Shown here: positions 38,516 to 49,502 of the stretch, one piece after another
Layout: each line of letters starts with the position of its first letter
Numbering within the stretch: position 1 is the first letter of the stretch
DNA from: an uncultured Gemmatimonadales bacterium
Lineage (GTDB): Bacteria; Gemmatimonadota; Gemmatimonadetes; Gemmatimonadales; GWC2-71-9
Reading direction: 5' to 3'
NCBI GenBank assembly: GCA_963748815.1
Contig: CAVVKJ010000005.1
Location: forward strand, 64,001 to 128,000
DNA length: 64,000 nt
Position numbers and translations under genes: made by a program
Notes under the pieces: model-generated
The model's database searches: none
Told to the model about the DNA's origin: nothing
What the model saw: the letters and a program-made list of their open reading frames with translations, nothing else

Positions 38516-40831
38516 CTAGCGGCCGGGCGACGCCTCGAGCCGCTGGAGCAGCTGCTGCATCTCCGCATTGCCGGGATTCAACGCGGCAAGCCGCCGTGCG
38601 GCGGGCAGCGCCACATCCCGCTCCCCGGCCGCGGCGGCGATGGAGGCCAGCCCATACAGCAGTTCCTGGTCGTCGGGCGCGGCCGCAAGCGCCCGCTGCA
38701 GCTCCACGATTGCCGGTCCCGGCTGGCCCGACTCGTACAACGCGACCCCGTAGACATAGCCGTAGCGCGGGATGCCCGAGCCGGCCGCCGCCTTGAGATA
38801 GGTCAGCGCGTCGGCGACGCGCTTCTGCCGGATCAGCGCGAGGCCCAGCTGGTATTGGAGGTCGGCCGCGCCGGGGACCCGGTCGAGCCCAACCCGAAGG
38901 ACGGAATCGGCCGCGAGTTCTTCGCCGGTGGTGCGGTACACCTCGGCGAGCTGGAGGTACGCCGGCACGAACTGCGGGGCGAGGGTGAGCGCGCGGCGGT
39001 AGTTGGCGGCCGCTTCGGTCGGGTTGCCGAGTCGGCGCTCCAGGTTGCCGAGGTTGGCCCACGATTCGGGACGATCCGCGTTGAAGTGCTGGGAGGCACG
39101 GTACTCCGCGAGCACCCGTGCAAACGCCTCACGCTGAGGTGCGGTCCAGCCGGAGTCTGGCAGGCCGGCCAAGGCCGGGAGCGCGGCGAGCCGGACCGTG
39201 CGTACCGTGTCAGTGAGCAGCGGAAGCGCCATCCGTTCGCGCATCTGCGGCTCGATCATTTCGAGTCGCTCCGCGGCGGCCCGCCGGATGAGGGGATCGC
39301 GCTCGCTGAGGGCCATCTGGGTGGCGCTGAGGGAGTAGCGGGACGGATTGCCGGTCATCAGCGAAACGGCGGTGGCGCGGGTGATTGCCGACCGCGTGCT
39401 GTCCCGCGACATCGCCACCAGGGCCTCACCGGCATCCGGCGCCTGCGCCCAGGCCTCGGCGATGGCCACGGCCGCGGGAATCGGCGCGCTGTCGGGGACG
39501 CCGTACCACGCTTCCGCCGTCGCGGCCGCCCACGCCACCGGCCGGTCGGCGTGGCAGCCGGTGCAGGCGTTCGGGGCGCCGGTCGCCGCGGTGAGGTCGG
39601 GCCGGGGAATCTTCATTCCGTGGTCGCGCCGCGCATCGACGACCATGTAGTTGCGCGGCGTCATGTGGCAATCCACACACGCCGCGCCGGGGGTGCCGGC
39701 CCGGTGGTGGGTGTGCGACTCGACGTCGAACCGGGTGGCGAGGTGGCAGGTGGCGCACACCGCATTGCCCGCCAGCCGGGGGGTGCTCCGGTGCGCGTCG
39801 TGACAGTCGCTGCAGGTAACACCGGCGCGGTACATCCTGCTCTGCACGAAGGAGCCGTACTCGTACACTTCATCCCGCTGATGGCCATCGGCGTAGTAGA
39901 GCTCGTCGTCGAGCAGCGACACGCGCTGGGTCTGCGCCAGGATCTGCCCGGCGGCGGAGTCGGGCCAGACCTGTCCTCGCCGAGCGTGGCAGAGGCCGCA
40001 GGTCTCGACTTCCATCCGATTGGCCTTCGGCGAGGACCGTCGGGCGATGCCCGTGACCGTGTCCATCGTCCAGGTCGCCGCCGCGGAGTCGCGGAAGGAG
40101 ACGGTCAGTCCGCTGGTCCCTGCCCACCTGCCGGCCTTGCCCTGGCGACGCTCGGCGAGCGCCACGTGCGCGCTGCCGGGGCCGTGGCAGGCTTCGCACG
40201 ACACGTCGATCTCCGACCAGGTTGTCGCGTAACTGTCGGCCGCCTCGACGTATCCCTTCTGCAGGTTGGTCGAGTGGCACTGGGCACACATGAAGTTCCA
40301 GTTCTGCAGCATCCCGGTCCAGTGCAGGACGTCGCGGTGATCCACTCTTTCGTCGGGGTACAGGTGGTACCACCGCTGCCCTCCCTCCCCCTTCGGGCGG
40401 GCGTCCCAGGCGATGCCGAGCGCCTGGTAGCGCCCGCGCGGAAAGGCGATGAGGTACTGCTGGAGAGGATACACGCCGAAGGTGTAGCTGATCGGATAGT
40501 CGACCAGGGCGCCGTCCGGGCCGTCGGTCCTGACCCAGTATTGGCCGTCGCGACGCGAGAATCGCGAGGTGACGCCGTTGTACGTGTAGGTGGCGTCCGC
40601 GAAGTCGCCCAGGACGGTCGTACTGTCCGCGACCGCCATGGCGAGGGCGTGGTGCGAGCCCTGCCACAGCGAGTCTTCGGCGACGTGGCAGGAGGCGCAC
40701 GCGGCTCGGCCGACGTACTCCGGCTTCGCCGCGGGCGCCGAGGCGCAGGCACCGAAGGCCAGGACGCAAACCGCCCCGGCAATGGCCCGAAGGCCACGCC
40801 GGGGCGTGCTGACGGTCTTCGCTCTGATCAC
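38516..40831 (-). CDS. Octaheme c-type cytochrome lipoprotein with HEAT/TPR C-terminus
   Basis: Eight CxxCH motifs (CASCH, CAQCH, CEACH, CGLCH, CSDCH, CATCH, CVDCH, CTGCH); TPR repeats. Confidence 0.88.
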   Translation of the reverse strand: MIRAKTVSTPRRGLRAIAGAVCVLAFGACASAPAAKPEYVGRAACASCHVAEDSLWQGSHHALAMAVADSTTVLGDFADATYTYNGVTSRFSRRDGQYWVRTDGPDGALVDYPISYTFGVYPLQQYLIAFPRGRYQALGIAWDARPKGEGGQRWYHLYPDERVDHRDVLHWTGMLQNWNFMCAQCHSTNLQKGYVEAADSYATTWSEIDVSCEACHGPGSAHVALAERRQGKAGRWAGTSGLTVSFRDSAAATWTMDTVTGIARRSSPKANRMEVETCGLCHARRGQVWPDSAAGQILAQTQRVSLLDDELYYADGHQRDEVYEYGSFVQSRMYRAGVTCSDCHDAHRSTPRLAGNAVCATCHLATRFDVESHTHHRAGTPGAACVDCHMTPRNYMVVDARRDHGMKIPRPDLTAATGAPNACTGCHADRPVAWAAATAEAWYGVPDSAPIPAAVAIAEAWAQAPDAGEALVAMSRDSTRSAITRATAVSLMTGNPSRYSLSATQMALSERDPLIRRAAAERLEMIEPQMRERMALPLLTDTVRTVRLAALPALAGLPDSGWTAPQREAFARVLAEYRASQHFNADRPESWANLGNLERRLGNPTEAAANYRRALTLAPQFVPAYLQLAEVYRTTGEELAADSVLRVGLDRVPGAADLQYQLGLALIRQKRVADALTYLKAAAGSGIPRYGYVYGVALYESGQPGPAIVELQRALAAAPDDQELLYGLASIAAAAGERDVALPAARRLAALNPGNAEMQQLLQRLEASPGR

Positions 40832-41295
40832 TTCACCGGCACGAGCGGGATTTCCGAAGCCATGGCGGCCTGGATGATCAAGTCGAGACGGGTCTCGATC
40901 TGGTAGAAGCGCAGCGTGCCCTTGGCGCCGAGGACCGGCACGAACTTCTTGATCCAGTCACCCTGCAGCTTGCTGTACTGGCCACCGAGGGAGACCCACT
41001 TGGTCAGCCGGTCCTCGATTTCCTTCGAGGTGGCGGTGTCAGCGGCGGTCGGCGTCGTAATCAGGGAGATCCGCTGATCGGCGAGCTTGCCGACAGCGAT
41101 CCGGTACTCCTGGTAGAGCGGCCAGAACGCGGTGGCCTGCGCATCGGTCAGGGGCAGGTTCTGGGCGACGATGGCCTGGCGGTCGGCCTGGACCTGCTGC
41201 TTGGTGACGGCGATATCAGTGGCGGCCTGCGCGGATACAGCGGCCGGAGCGGCCAGAAGGGCCGCGAGGGCGAGCAATGAGGTGGCGCGACGCAT
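40828..41295 (-). CDS. Periplasmic helical hypothetical protein
   Basis: Signal peptide; LTDAQATAFWPLYQEY; overlaps the cytochrome start. Confidence 0.75.
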   Translation of the reverse strand: MRRATSLLALAALLAAPAAVSAQAATDIAVTKQQVQADRQAIVAQNLPLTDAQATAFWPLYQEYRIAVGKLADQRISLITTPTAADTATSKEIEDRLTKWVSLGGQYSKLQGDWIKKFVPVLGAKGTLRFYQIETRLDLIIQAAMASEIPLVPVK

Positions 41296-41379
41296 GGGAC
41301 AATCTCCGTGGGGGATGACGATTGGTGGACAGCCCGAAAGATAGCCTCGCGGCGGGGGGAGGTACAATCGGCAGTCATC

Positions 41380-42012
41380 CTACCCCGGCCGCCCCCGGCG
41401 CCGGGCGATTTCCGTCGCCACCCGCGCCTCGAGCATCTGGATGGCGATGGTATTCCGCCCCCCTTCCGGCACGATGATGTCGGCATACCGTTTCGAGGGC
41501 TCCACGAACTCCAGGTGCATCGGGCGGACCGTGCCCAGGTACTGGGTGACGATCGATTCCACCGAGCGGCCGCGCTCCGAGACGTCGCGCTGCATCCGCC
41601 GGATGAAGCGCAGGTCGTCGGCGACATCGACGAACACCTTCACGTCGAAGAGTTGCCGGAGCCGAGCGTCGGCGAAGATGAGAATGCCGTCCACCAGGAT
41701 CACGTCCCGGGGTTCCACCCTGACGGTGGCGGGGGCGCGGGTGTGCTGGGCAAAATCGTAGGTGGGCTTGTCGATTGCGCGGCCCGCGGCCAGCGCCTCG
41801 AGGTGCGCCACCATCAAGTCGGTGTCGAGGGCGTCGGGGTGATCGAAGTTGGTCCGAATCCGGTCCTCGAGGGGGAGGTGCCCGAGGTCGGCGTAATACG
41901 CGTCCTGGTCGAGGAAGACCGCGTCCACGCCGAGCCGGGCGTGGATGGCCAGGGCCACGGTCGTCTTGCCGGACCCTGACCCGCCGGCGACGCCGATGAT
42001 CAGCGGGCGCAT
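41380..42012 (-). CDS. udk: Uridine kinase
   Basis: GVAGGSGSGKTT, NFDHPDA, PTYDF and FVEPSKRYADIIVP motifs. Confidence 0.95.
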   Translation of the reverse strand: MRPLIIGVAGGSGSGKTTVALAIHARLGVDAVFLDQDAYYADLGHLPLEDRIRTNFDHPDALDTDLMVAHLEALAAGRAIDKPTYDFAQHTRAPATVRVEPRDVILVDGILIFADARLRQLFDVKVFVDVADDLRFIRRMQRDVSERGRSVESIVTQYLGTVRPMHLEFVEPSKRYADIIVPEGGRNTIAIQMLEARVATEIARRRGRPG

Positions 42013-43565
42013 CAGGTGGTCGCGAGCTGCACGGGGAGGGGGCCGTCCACGGGGAGGATGAACCAGAAGGTGCTCCCGCGCCCGAAGATCGACTCGGCGC
42101 CGATCGTCCCGCCGTGGAGTTCGACGAAGCGCTTGCTCAGCGCCAGGCCGAGCCCGGTGCCCTGCTGCTGGCGGCTGGCGGAGCTGTCCACCTGGCTGAA
42201 CTCGAGGAAGAGCCGGGCGGCGTCTTCCGGCCGGAAGCCGATGCCGGTGTCGCTGACCGAAATCCAGACTGCATCGCGAGAGAGGAGGCGCGTGCCCTGG
42301 CCGTCCGCGCCCGCGGGAATGGGGAGCGGGGCACGGGTGCGGACCACGGCCAGACGAATCTGCCCCGCCTCCGGCGTGAACTTGGAGGCGTTGGAGAGGA
42401 GATTGATCAGCACCTGCTTGACCCGGAGTCCGTCGGACATGGCGACGAGGGCGCCGTCGTCGATCTCGAGGGCGCAACTCTGGCGCCGGACGGTGCGGAG
42501 GCTCGCGGTGTCGGCGACCGCTTCGGTCACCGCTTCCCGCAAGTCGGTCGGCGCGAGCTGCAGGCTCATGGCGCCGGCCTCGATCTTGGAGAGGTCGAGC
42601 ACGCTGTTGATCATCTCGAGGAGGTGCTGGCCGTTGCGCAGGACCGCCTCGAGAAACTCCCGCTGCTCCGGATTGACCGGCCCGACCGCTTCCGTCAACA
42701 GCAGGTCGGAGAAGCCGTTGATGGCGTTGAGCGGGGTGCGCAGTTCGTGCGACATGTTGGCGAGGAACTGGCTCTTGAGCTGGGTGGCGCGGACCAGTTC
42801 CCGGTTCTTCAGGGCGAGGGCGTGCTCGTTCCGGCGGCTCTCCTCGAGCACGTTGGTGCGGTCGATGGCCACGACCACCTGGTCGCCGAGGGTCTGGAGG
42901 AGCTGCAAGGCGTCGTCGTCGTAGCGGCGACCGTCCCGGCGGTTGTGCACGCTGATGGTCCCGATGACGAGCCCGGCGGAGCGGAGCGGCACGAGTGCGG
43001 CGGTGCGCAGCGACGCCGGGGTCCCCTCCGGACGGAAACTCCGCGGGTCGGCGTCCATGTTTTCGCTGAGGAGCGGCTGGTCATTGACCACGACCCATCC
43101 CGAGAGGGACTGGTCCATCGGGAGCAGTTGCCCGATGACGGGGGCGAGCGGGCCCGTGCCGGCGGCAATCCGGAGGAATCGCCCCTCCTCCACCACGAGG
43201 GCCACGAGTGCGGCCTCGCTCTCGAGCAGGTCCGCCGCGGCCTGGGTCACTTCGGTCAGGATGTCCTCGAGCCGACGGCCAGCGAGGAGGCTGGCGGCCA
43301 GTCGGCGCAACCGCTCCAACTCCCGGTTGCGGGCCGCGGCCGACGCAAGGGCATGGCGGAGCGACCGCGCCTGACGATCGGCCACCGCCTTGACCTGGAT
43401 GAACCCGGCCCAGGCGAGCACCGTCGTCAGGAGGGCGAGGAGGATGCCGACCAGGCTCTGGTGCCAGACGAGGTAAATGCCCACCCAGCCACAGACCGTG
43501 GCGACAATCGTGAGCGCGGCCGGTGTCGGGCCGCGGCGCAGCGCCTTGGGCAAGGTGGATGGCAT
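42012..43565 (-). CDS. Membrane GAF-sensor histidine kinase
   Basis: 2 TM, GAF, KSQFLANMSHELRTPL, NLLSNASKFT, DTGIG and GTGLGL motifs. Confidence 0.9.
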   Translation of the reverse strand: MPSTLPKALRRGPTPAALTIVATVCGWVGIYLVWHQSLVGILLALLTTVLAWAGFIQVKAVADRQARSLRHALASAAARNRELERLRRLAASLLAGRRLEDILTEVTQAAADLLESEAALVALVVEEGRFLRIAAGTGPLAPVIGQLLPMDQSLSGWVVVNDQPLLSENMDADPRSFRPEGTPASLRTAALVPLRSAGLVIGTISVHNRRDGRRYDDDALQLLQTLGDQVVVAIDRTNVLEESRRNEHALALKNRELVRATQLKSQFLANMSHELRTPLNAINGFSDLLLTEAVGPVNPEQREFLEAVLRNGQHLLEMINSVLDLSKIEAGAMSLQLAPTDLREAVTEAVADTASLRTVRRQSCALEIDDGALVAMSDGLRVKQVLINLLSNASKFTPEAGQIRLAVVRTRAPLPIPAGADGQGTRLLSRDAVWISVSDTGIGFRPEDAARLFLEFSQVDSSASRQQQGTGLGLALSKRFVELHGGTIGAESIFGRGSTFWFILPVDGPLPVQLATT

Positions 43566-43584
43566 GGGGGACAATATAAGGGCG

Positions 43585-43605
43585 GGGGACTGGGGACTGG
43601 GGACT
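43585..43605. repeat. Heptamer tandem repeat (GGGGACT)x3 in a purine-skewed spacer
   Basis: Three direct copies followed by a G/A-rich run to about 43675. Confidence 0.7.
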
Positions 43606-43677
43606 GAAGGAGAGGAGGAAAGAGAAAGGGACTTGGGACTTGGAGGGGGGAAAGGAGGAACGGGAAAGGAGGGGTCC

Positions 43678-43881
43678 CTACTCCCAGAGCACCTCGTGGA
43701 ATTCGGTGGTGCCGGAGGCGAGCATCTCTCGCAGGTAGGGGCGACAGAGCCCGCATTGATCGCCGCAGCCGGTTTCACGCATCACGTCCTCGAGGGTCCA
43801 GCCGCGCGCACGGGCCAGCGGAGCCAGCTCGGCAAACGGGAACCGCTGGCACACACAGCGCGTGATGCTGATTGTCGGCAT
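43678..43881 (-). CDS. BFD-like [2Fe-2S] small protein
   Basis: CVC...TGCGDQCGLC pattern. Confidence 0.75.
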   Translation of the reverse strand: MPTISITRCVCQRFPFAELAPLARARGWTLEDVMRETGCGDQCGLCRPYLREMLASGTTEFHEVLWE

Positions 43882-43906
43882 GCTGGAGGATAACTAGGAT
43901 TGGGGG

Positions 43907-44452
43907 ATGCGCCGACGCCTGACCTCCACCATCGCGATGGTACTCTGGTCCACCCTGTGCGCCAGCGCCCTGGCGGCGCAGGGGCCTGCGCCCGCTCACT
44001 TCGAGACCTGGCGTCTCCCTCCCACGGAACTCCTCCCTCACACCCCGGCGCGTGACAGTGGCCACGCCGCTGCCAACGGCAGCGGGATGGTGCTGGGCGG
44101 GATCACGGGCTGGGTGCTCGGGTGGATGGCCGGGGCGCTGGTGGGTAACGCCATCGGGTGCACCGGCGGCTCCTCGAGTGAGTGCGACTTCGGGCCCGCC
44201 TTGGGGGGCGCGCTGGTGGCGGGCTCGTTCTCGATCCCGCTTGGGGTGCACATGGGCAACCATGGGCGTGGCGACCTCCTCAAGGACGTGCTCGTCTCCG
44301 CCGCGATCGGCGGCCTCGGCATCGCGGTCGGATCGTCGGTGGACGACACGGGGGTATGGCTCCTCCTCGTCCCCGTCGGCCAGATCGTGGGATCCATCTG
44401 GATGGAATCGAAGAGCACCCCGCGGAGCCCGCCCCATGAAGCTTCACCCTGA
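43907..44452 (+). CDS. Hypothetical exported/membrane protein (glycine-zipper-like)
   Basis: Signal peptide and Gly-rich hydrophobic segments. Confidence 0.6.
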   Translation: MRRRLTSTIAMVLWSTLCASALAAQGPAPAHFETWRLPPTELLPHTPARDSGHAAANGSGMVLGGITGWVLGWMAGALVGNAIGCTGGSSSECDFGPALGGALVAGSFSIPLGVHMGNHGRGDLLKDVLVSAAIGGLGIAVGSSVDDTGVWLLLVPVGQIVGSIWMESKSTPRSPPHEASP

Positions 44453-44477
44453 ATTCATCGAGTCTTCCGGCTTCCGT

Positions 44478-44506
44478 TTGACAACGCCCCGTCCGGCCTC
44501 CAAACT
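44478..44506 (+). promoter_or_regulatory. sigma70 promoter of the EF-G paralog
   Basis: TTGACA-N17-CAAACT, followed by a GAGGAGG RBS. Confidence 0.65.
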
Positions 44507-44537
44507 CCCTTGACCCGATCAAGAGGAGGTGCAGACC

Positions 44538-46577
44538 ATGCGTGTCTATGGTTCGGATGCGATCCGCAACGTGGCGTTCGTCGGCCACGGCGGGAGCGGC
44601 AAGACCACCCTGGTTGACGCGCTCGCGTTTGTGTCTGGTGCCAGCCGGCGCCACGGGAACATCAAGGACGGCACGACCCTCACCGATTACACTCCCGACG
44701 AAATCTCCCGCCAGCATTCGATCAGCCTCGGCCTGGCGTACGCCGAGTGGATGGACACCAAGCTCAACCTGCTCGACAGCCCCGGCTACCTCGATTTCTT
44801 CGGCGAGGCCGTGACGGCGCTGCACGCCGCGGACGCGGCGGTCGTGGTGCTGAGCGGCGTGAGCGGCGTCGAAGTCGGCACGGAAAAGGTCTGGGAAGTA
44901 TGCGACCAGCTCCACCTGCCGCGACTGCTCTTCGTGGGCCAGATGGACAAGGACAACGCCGACTTCGAGCGGGTCTTCGCTGACGTCAAAGCGCACCTGA
45001 CCCCGAAGGTCCTGCCGGTGGAAGTTCCGATCGGGGGCGGCTCCCAGTTCGGCGGGATCGTCAACCTCTTTTCCGGCAAGGCACACCTCTACACCTCGGG
45101 CACCAAGTCGGGGGACTACGAGGAAGTGGACGTGCCGGCGGAATACCAGGCGCGGGTCAAGGAGTACACCGAACAGCTGATCGAGACGGTCGCCTCGACC
45201 GATGATTCCCTGATCGAGCGGTACCTCGGCGGGGAGGAGATTCCGCGGAGCGAGGTGACGGCCGCGCTCAAGAAGGCGGTGGTCGCGGGCGCGATCGTGC
45301 CGCTCTTCGTCGGCAGCGCCCAGTTGACCTACGGCATGCGGGCGCTCCTGACCGAGATGGTGGACCTATTGCCGTCGCCGGCCGAGGTGCCGCCGCCGCT
45401 CGACGTCCCATTGCTGGGGCGGGTGTTCAAGACGACGTCGGAACCCCACGTCGGCGACGTGACGCTGTTCCGGCTCTACCGCGGCAGCCTGAAGAACGGG
45501 GCCGAAGTCTGGAATGCCGAGCACGAGGTGGCCGAAAAACTGAACCACCTGTCGGTGCAGCAGGGGCGGGAGCGGACCGAGGTCAGTGAATTGCGCGCCG
45601 GTGACATCGGCTCCGTCGCCAAGCTGCGCGACACCCACACCGGCGACACCTTCTGCCTCCGGGATGCCCCGGTGCATCTCTCACCAATTCCGTTTCCCGA
45701 GGCGGTGGCCTCGGCGGCGGTCGTGGTCAAGCAGCGGGGCGAGGAAGACAAGCTGGCGGCCGGGCTGCACAAGCTGCACGAGGAAGACCCGACCTTCCAC
45801 TTCGAGTACAACTCCGAATTGCGGCAGACGCTCATCCACGGCATGGGAGAGCGGCACTTCGAGATTCTCCTCGGCCGGCTCACGCAGAAGTACGGTGTGC
45901 ACGCCGACCTGGCGCGACCCCGGATTGCGTACCGGGAGACGTTCAAGGGGAAGGCGGAGGGGCAGGGGAAGCACAAGAAGCAGAGCGGCGGCCGCGGGCA
46001 GTATGGCGACTGCAAGATTCGCATCGCGCCGATGCCGCGCGGCGCGGGCTACGAATTCGTCGACAAGATTGTCGGGGGCGTCATTCCCAACAAGTACATT
46101 CCCGCGGTGGATCGCGGCATCCAGGAGTCGGCCGAACGGGGCGTCGTGGCGGGGTACCCGGTGGTGGACTTCAAGGTGGAGTGCTTCGACGGGTCATACC
46201 ACGATGTGGACTCGAACGAAATGTCGTTCAAGATGGCCGGGATCCTGGCGTTCCGGACCGTGGCGCCGAATGCGCGTCCGGTGCTGCTCGAGCCGCTGGC
46301 GGACCTGGAGGTCTGGACCCCGGAAGATGTGCTGGGCGACGTCATGGGCGACCTCAGCGCGCGCCGCGGACATATCCTGGGCACCGAAATCGACGGTCGG
46401 CTGACCAAGGTGCAGGCCGTGGTGCCGGAGGCGGAGCTCTACCGGTACACCACGACGCTGTATTCGATCACCCACGGACGGGGGACGTTCCGGCACAGTT
46501 TCCACGGGTACGTGGAAGCGCCGCCCGACGTCGCCGCCCGGGTGGCGGAGGAGCACAAGGAGGAGCAGGGCCACTGA
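44538..46577 (+). CDS. fusA: Elongation factor G-like protein (EF-G II paralog)
   Basis: GHGGSGKTT, EEDPTF, GMGERH, HKKQSGGRGQYG, DGSYHDVDSNEMSF and LLEP motifs; not in an rpsL-rpsG context. Confidence 0.9.
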   Translation: MRVYGSDAIRNVAFVGHGGSGKTTLVDALAFVSGASRRHGNIKDGTTLTDYTPDEISRQHSISLGLAYAEWMDTKLNLLDSPGYLDFFGEAVTALHAADAAVVVLSGVSGVEVGTEKVWEVCDQLHLPRLLFVGQMDKDNADFERVFADVKAHLTPKVLPVEVPIGGGSQFGGIVNLFSGKAHLYTSGTKSGDYEEVDVPAEYQARVKEYTEQLIETVASTDDSLIERYLGGEEIPRSEVTAALKKAVVAGAIVPLFVGSAQLTYGMRALLTEMVDLLPSPAEVPPPLDVPLLGRVFKTTSEPHVGDVTLFRLYRGSLKNGAEVWNAEHEVAEKLNHLSVQQGRERTEVSELRAGDIGSVAKLRDTHTGDTFCLRDAPVHLSPIPFPEAVASAAVVVKQRGEEDKLAAGLHKLHEEDPTFHFEYNSELRQTLIHGMGERHFEILLGRLTQKYGVHADLARPRIAYRETFKGKAEGQGKHKKQSGGRGQYGDCKIRIAPMPRGAGYEFVDKIVGGVIPNKYIPAVDRGIQESAERGVVAGYPVVDFKVECFDGSYHDVDSNEMSFKMAGILAFRTVAPNARPVLLEPLADLEVWTPEDVLGDVMGDLSARRGHILGTEIDGRLTKVQAVVPEAELYRYTTTLYSITHGRGTFRHSFHGYVEAPPDVAARVAEEHKEEQGH

Positions 46578-46602
46578 CCTGCCGAACGACACGGGGCGCC
46601 GC

Positions 46603-47496
46603 TCAGGCGCCCCACTCGTTGGTGAACCGGGCGAGCAATCCGGCGGCCCCCAGCCGCGTCAGCGCCGCCTCCGCTTCCGTCCGCAGCGACTCCGCCTGGT
46701 CGCGCCGCCCGAGCGCGCGCGCCGCGCGCGCGGCCACCGTGGTGCATTCCGCCTCGAGGAGGGCGGTGCCGAGGCTCCGGGCCTCCGCGCGTGCGGCCTC
46801 GGCCTCGTCGAACGCGGCGGCGGCGTGGCCCATTCCCAGATGCAGCAACGCACGCAGTCGGCGCGCCTCCACCACGCCGGCCGGATCGTCGCCCTCGGCC
46901 GCCAGGACCGCCGCGCGCTCGATTTCCCGCTCCGCCAGCGGCCACCCCTTCAGTTCCAGGTGCAGTTCGGCCAGCCCCACCAGCGCCAGCCCGCGGAGAG
47001 CCGCGTCGCCCAGCTGCTCCGCGTGGCGCACGGCTTCTTCCGCGGCCCGTTCCGCGTCGGTCCACTGGCCCAGTTGCCGGAACGCGATGCCGAGATTGTG
47101 CGAGGTCTCCGCCATCCCGCGGCGATCGCCGAGGCGCTGGTAGGAGAGCAGCGCGGTCCGGTACAGGCTGAGCGCCAGGTCGGGGCGTCCGGTCAGGTGC
47201 GCCACCGAGGCGAGATTGTTCGAGGCACGGGCCGTCATCAGGCTGTCGTCGAGGACATGCGCCAGCTCCAGCGCCGTGCCGAAGTACCGTTCGGCGTCCA
47301 CGACCTGCCCGGTTTCCCACGCCACCGCCCCCAGGAGGTTTTCCGCCCGCATCCGCCCGTCCGCGTCGCCGCGGGCGCGGAAGCGCGCCTCCGCCGCGGC
47401 CGCCAGCGCGGCGGCGCCGGGCAGGTTGCCCTGGCGCATCGCGGCGGTGGCGTCGCGGAGGACGGTGCCGGGATCGGCGGCGGGAGGCGTGGTCAT
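46603..47496 (-). CDS. Tetratricopeptide-repeat protein
   Basis: Repeated A...NLG/NLA...G....A helical repeats. Confidence 0.8.
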   Translation of the reverse strand: MTTPPAADPGTVLRDATAAMRQGNLPGAAALAAAAEARFRARGDADGRMRAENLLGAVAWETGQVVDAERYFGTALELAHVLDDSLMTARASNNLASVAHLTGRPDLALSLYRTALLSYQRLGDRRGMAETSHNLGIAFRQLGQWTDAERAAEEAVRHAEQLGDAALRGLALVGLAELHLELKGWPLAEREIERAAVLAAEGDDPAGVVEARRLRALLHLGMGHAAAAFDEAEAARAEARSLGTALLEAECTTVAARAARALGRRDQAESLRTEAEAALTRLGAAGLLARFTNEWGA

Positions 47497-47503
47497 CAGG
47501 GCG

Positions 47504-48118
47504 TCAGTAGGCGATCGCGTACCGGGTGAAGCCGAGGATGTCCGCCTCGATCTCTTCGAGTTCCTCGATCTTCACGCCGCCGACCTTGAGGTACGACTCG
47601 CCCAGCTGCTCCTGACGCCAGAGCGTCATGATCTGCTCGATGCTGCTATCCTCGGCGTCGACGTCGCCGTCGTCGTCCAGGTCGCCACCGGTCTCGCCGT
47701 ATTCAATCTTCAGTTGGGCCGGGACGCTCGGATTGAAGGTGAGCCCGGCGGGCTGGAACTCGAACTGCACCACCGCGGGGTCCGGTACGCGAACCGTGAT
47801 GAGCACCGAGTCGCCGACGGCAATCGGGGTGCCGTCGGGGTAGTTGAGCAGGCTCGCGGCGTCCACGCGGAGCCGCAGGTACTCCTCGCCGGGGCCATTG
47901 CCATTCGAATTGGTGAAGGAGATCCGCAACTCGCGGTCGGTGCCCTTCTTGGCGTAGAAGGAGTCCACCGGATTCCAGATCGGCGCGCTGCCGGCAGGGA
48001 GACGGATGATCGTGAGTTCACCGGGCGGCCTCACGCCGCCGTTGTCCGGCCCGCCGGAGTCGCTGCACGCCGCGAGGGCGCCTGCGAGGAGGAACGGAAG
48101 GAGTCGGGCGGGTCGCAT
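47504..48118 (-). CDS. Hypothetical lipoprotein with a DxDxDG-like acidic loop
   Basis: LAAC lipobox; GDLDDDGDVDAED; AAGGA RBS. Confidence 0.7.
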   Translation of the reverse strand: MRPARLLPFLLAGALAACSDSGGPDNGGVRPPGELTIIRLPAGSAPIWNPVDSFYAKKGTDRELRISFTNSNGNGPGEEYLRLRVDAASLLNYPDGTPIAVGDSVLITVRVPDPAVVQFEFQPAGLTFNPSVPAQLKIEYGETGGDLDDDGDVDAEDSSIEQIMTLWRQEQLGESYLKVGGVKIEELEEIEADILGFTRYAIAY

Positions 48119-48147
48119 GAGAAGTCCTTTCACGGAGTCGAATCGCA

Positions 48148-49485
<1,338 letters not shown>

Positions 49486-49502
49486 GCGGTGTCGCGGTCA
49501 GG

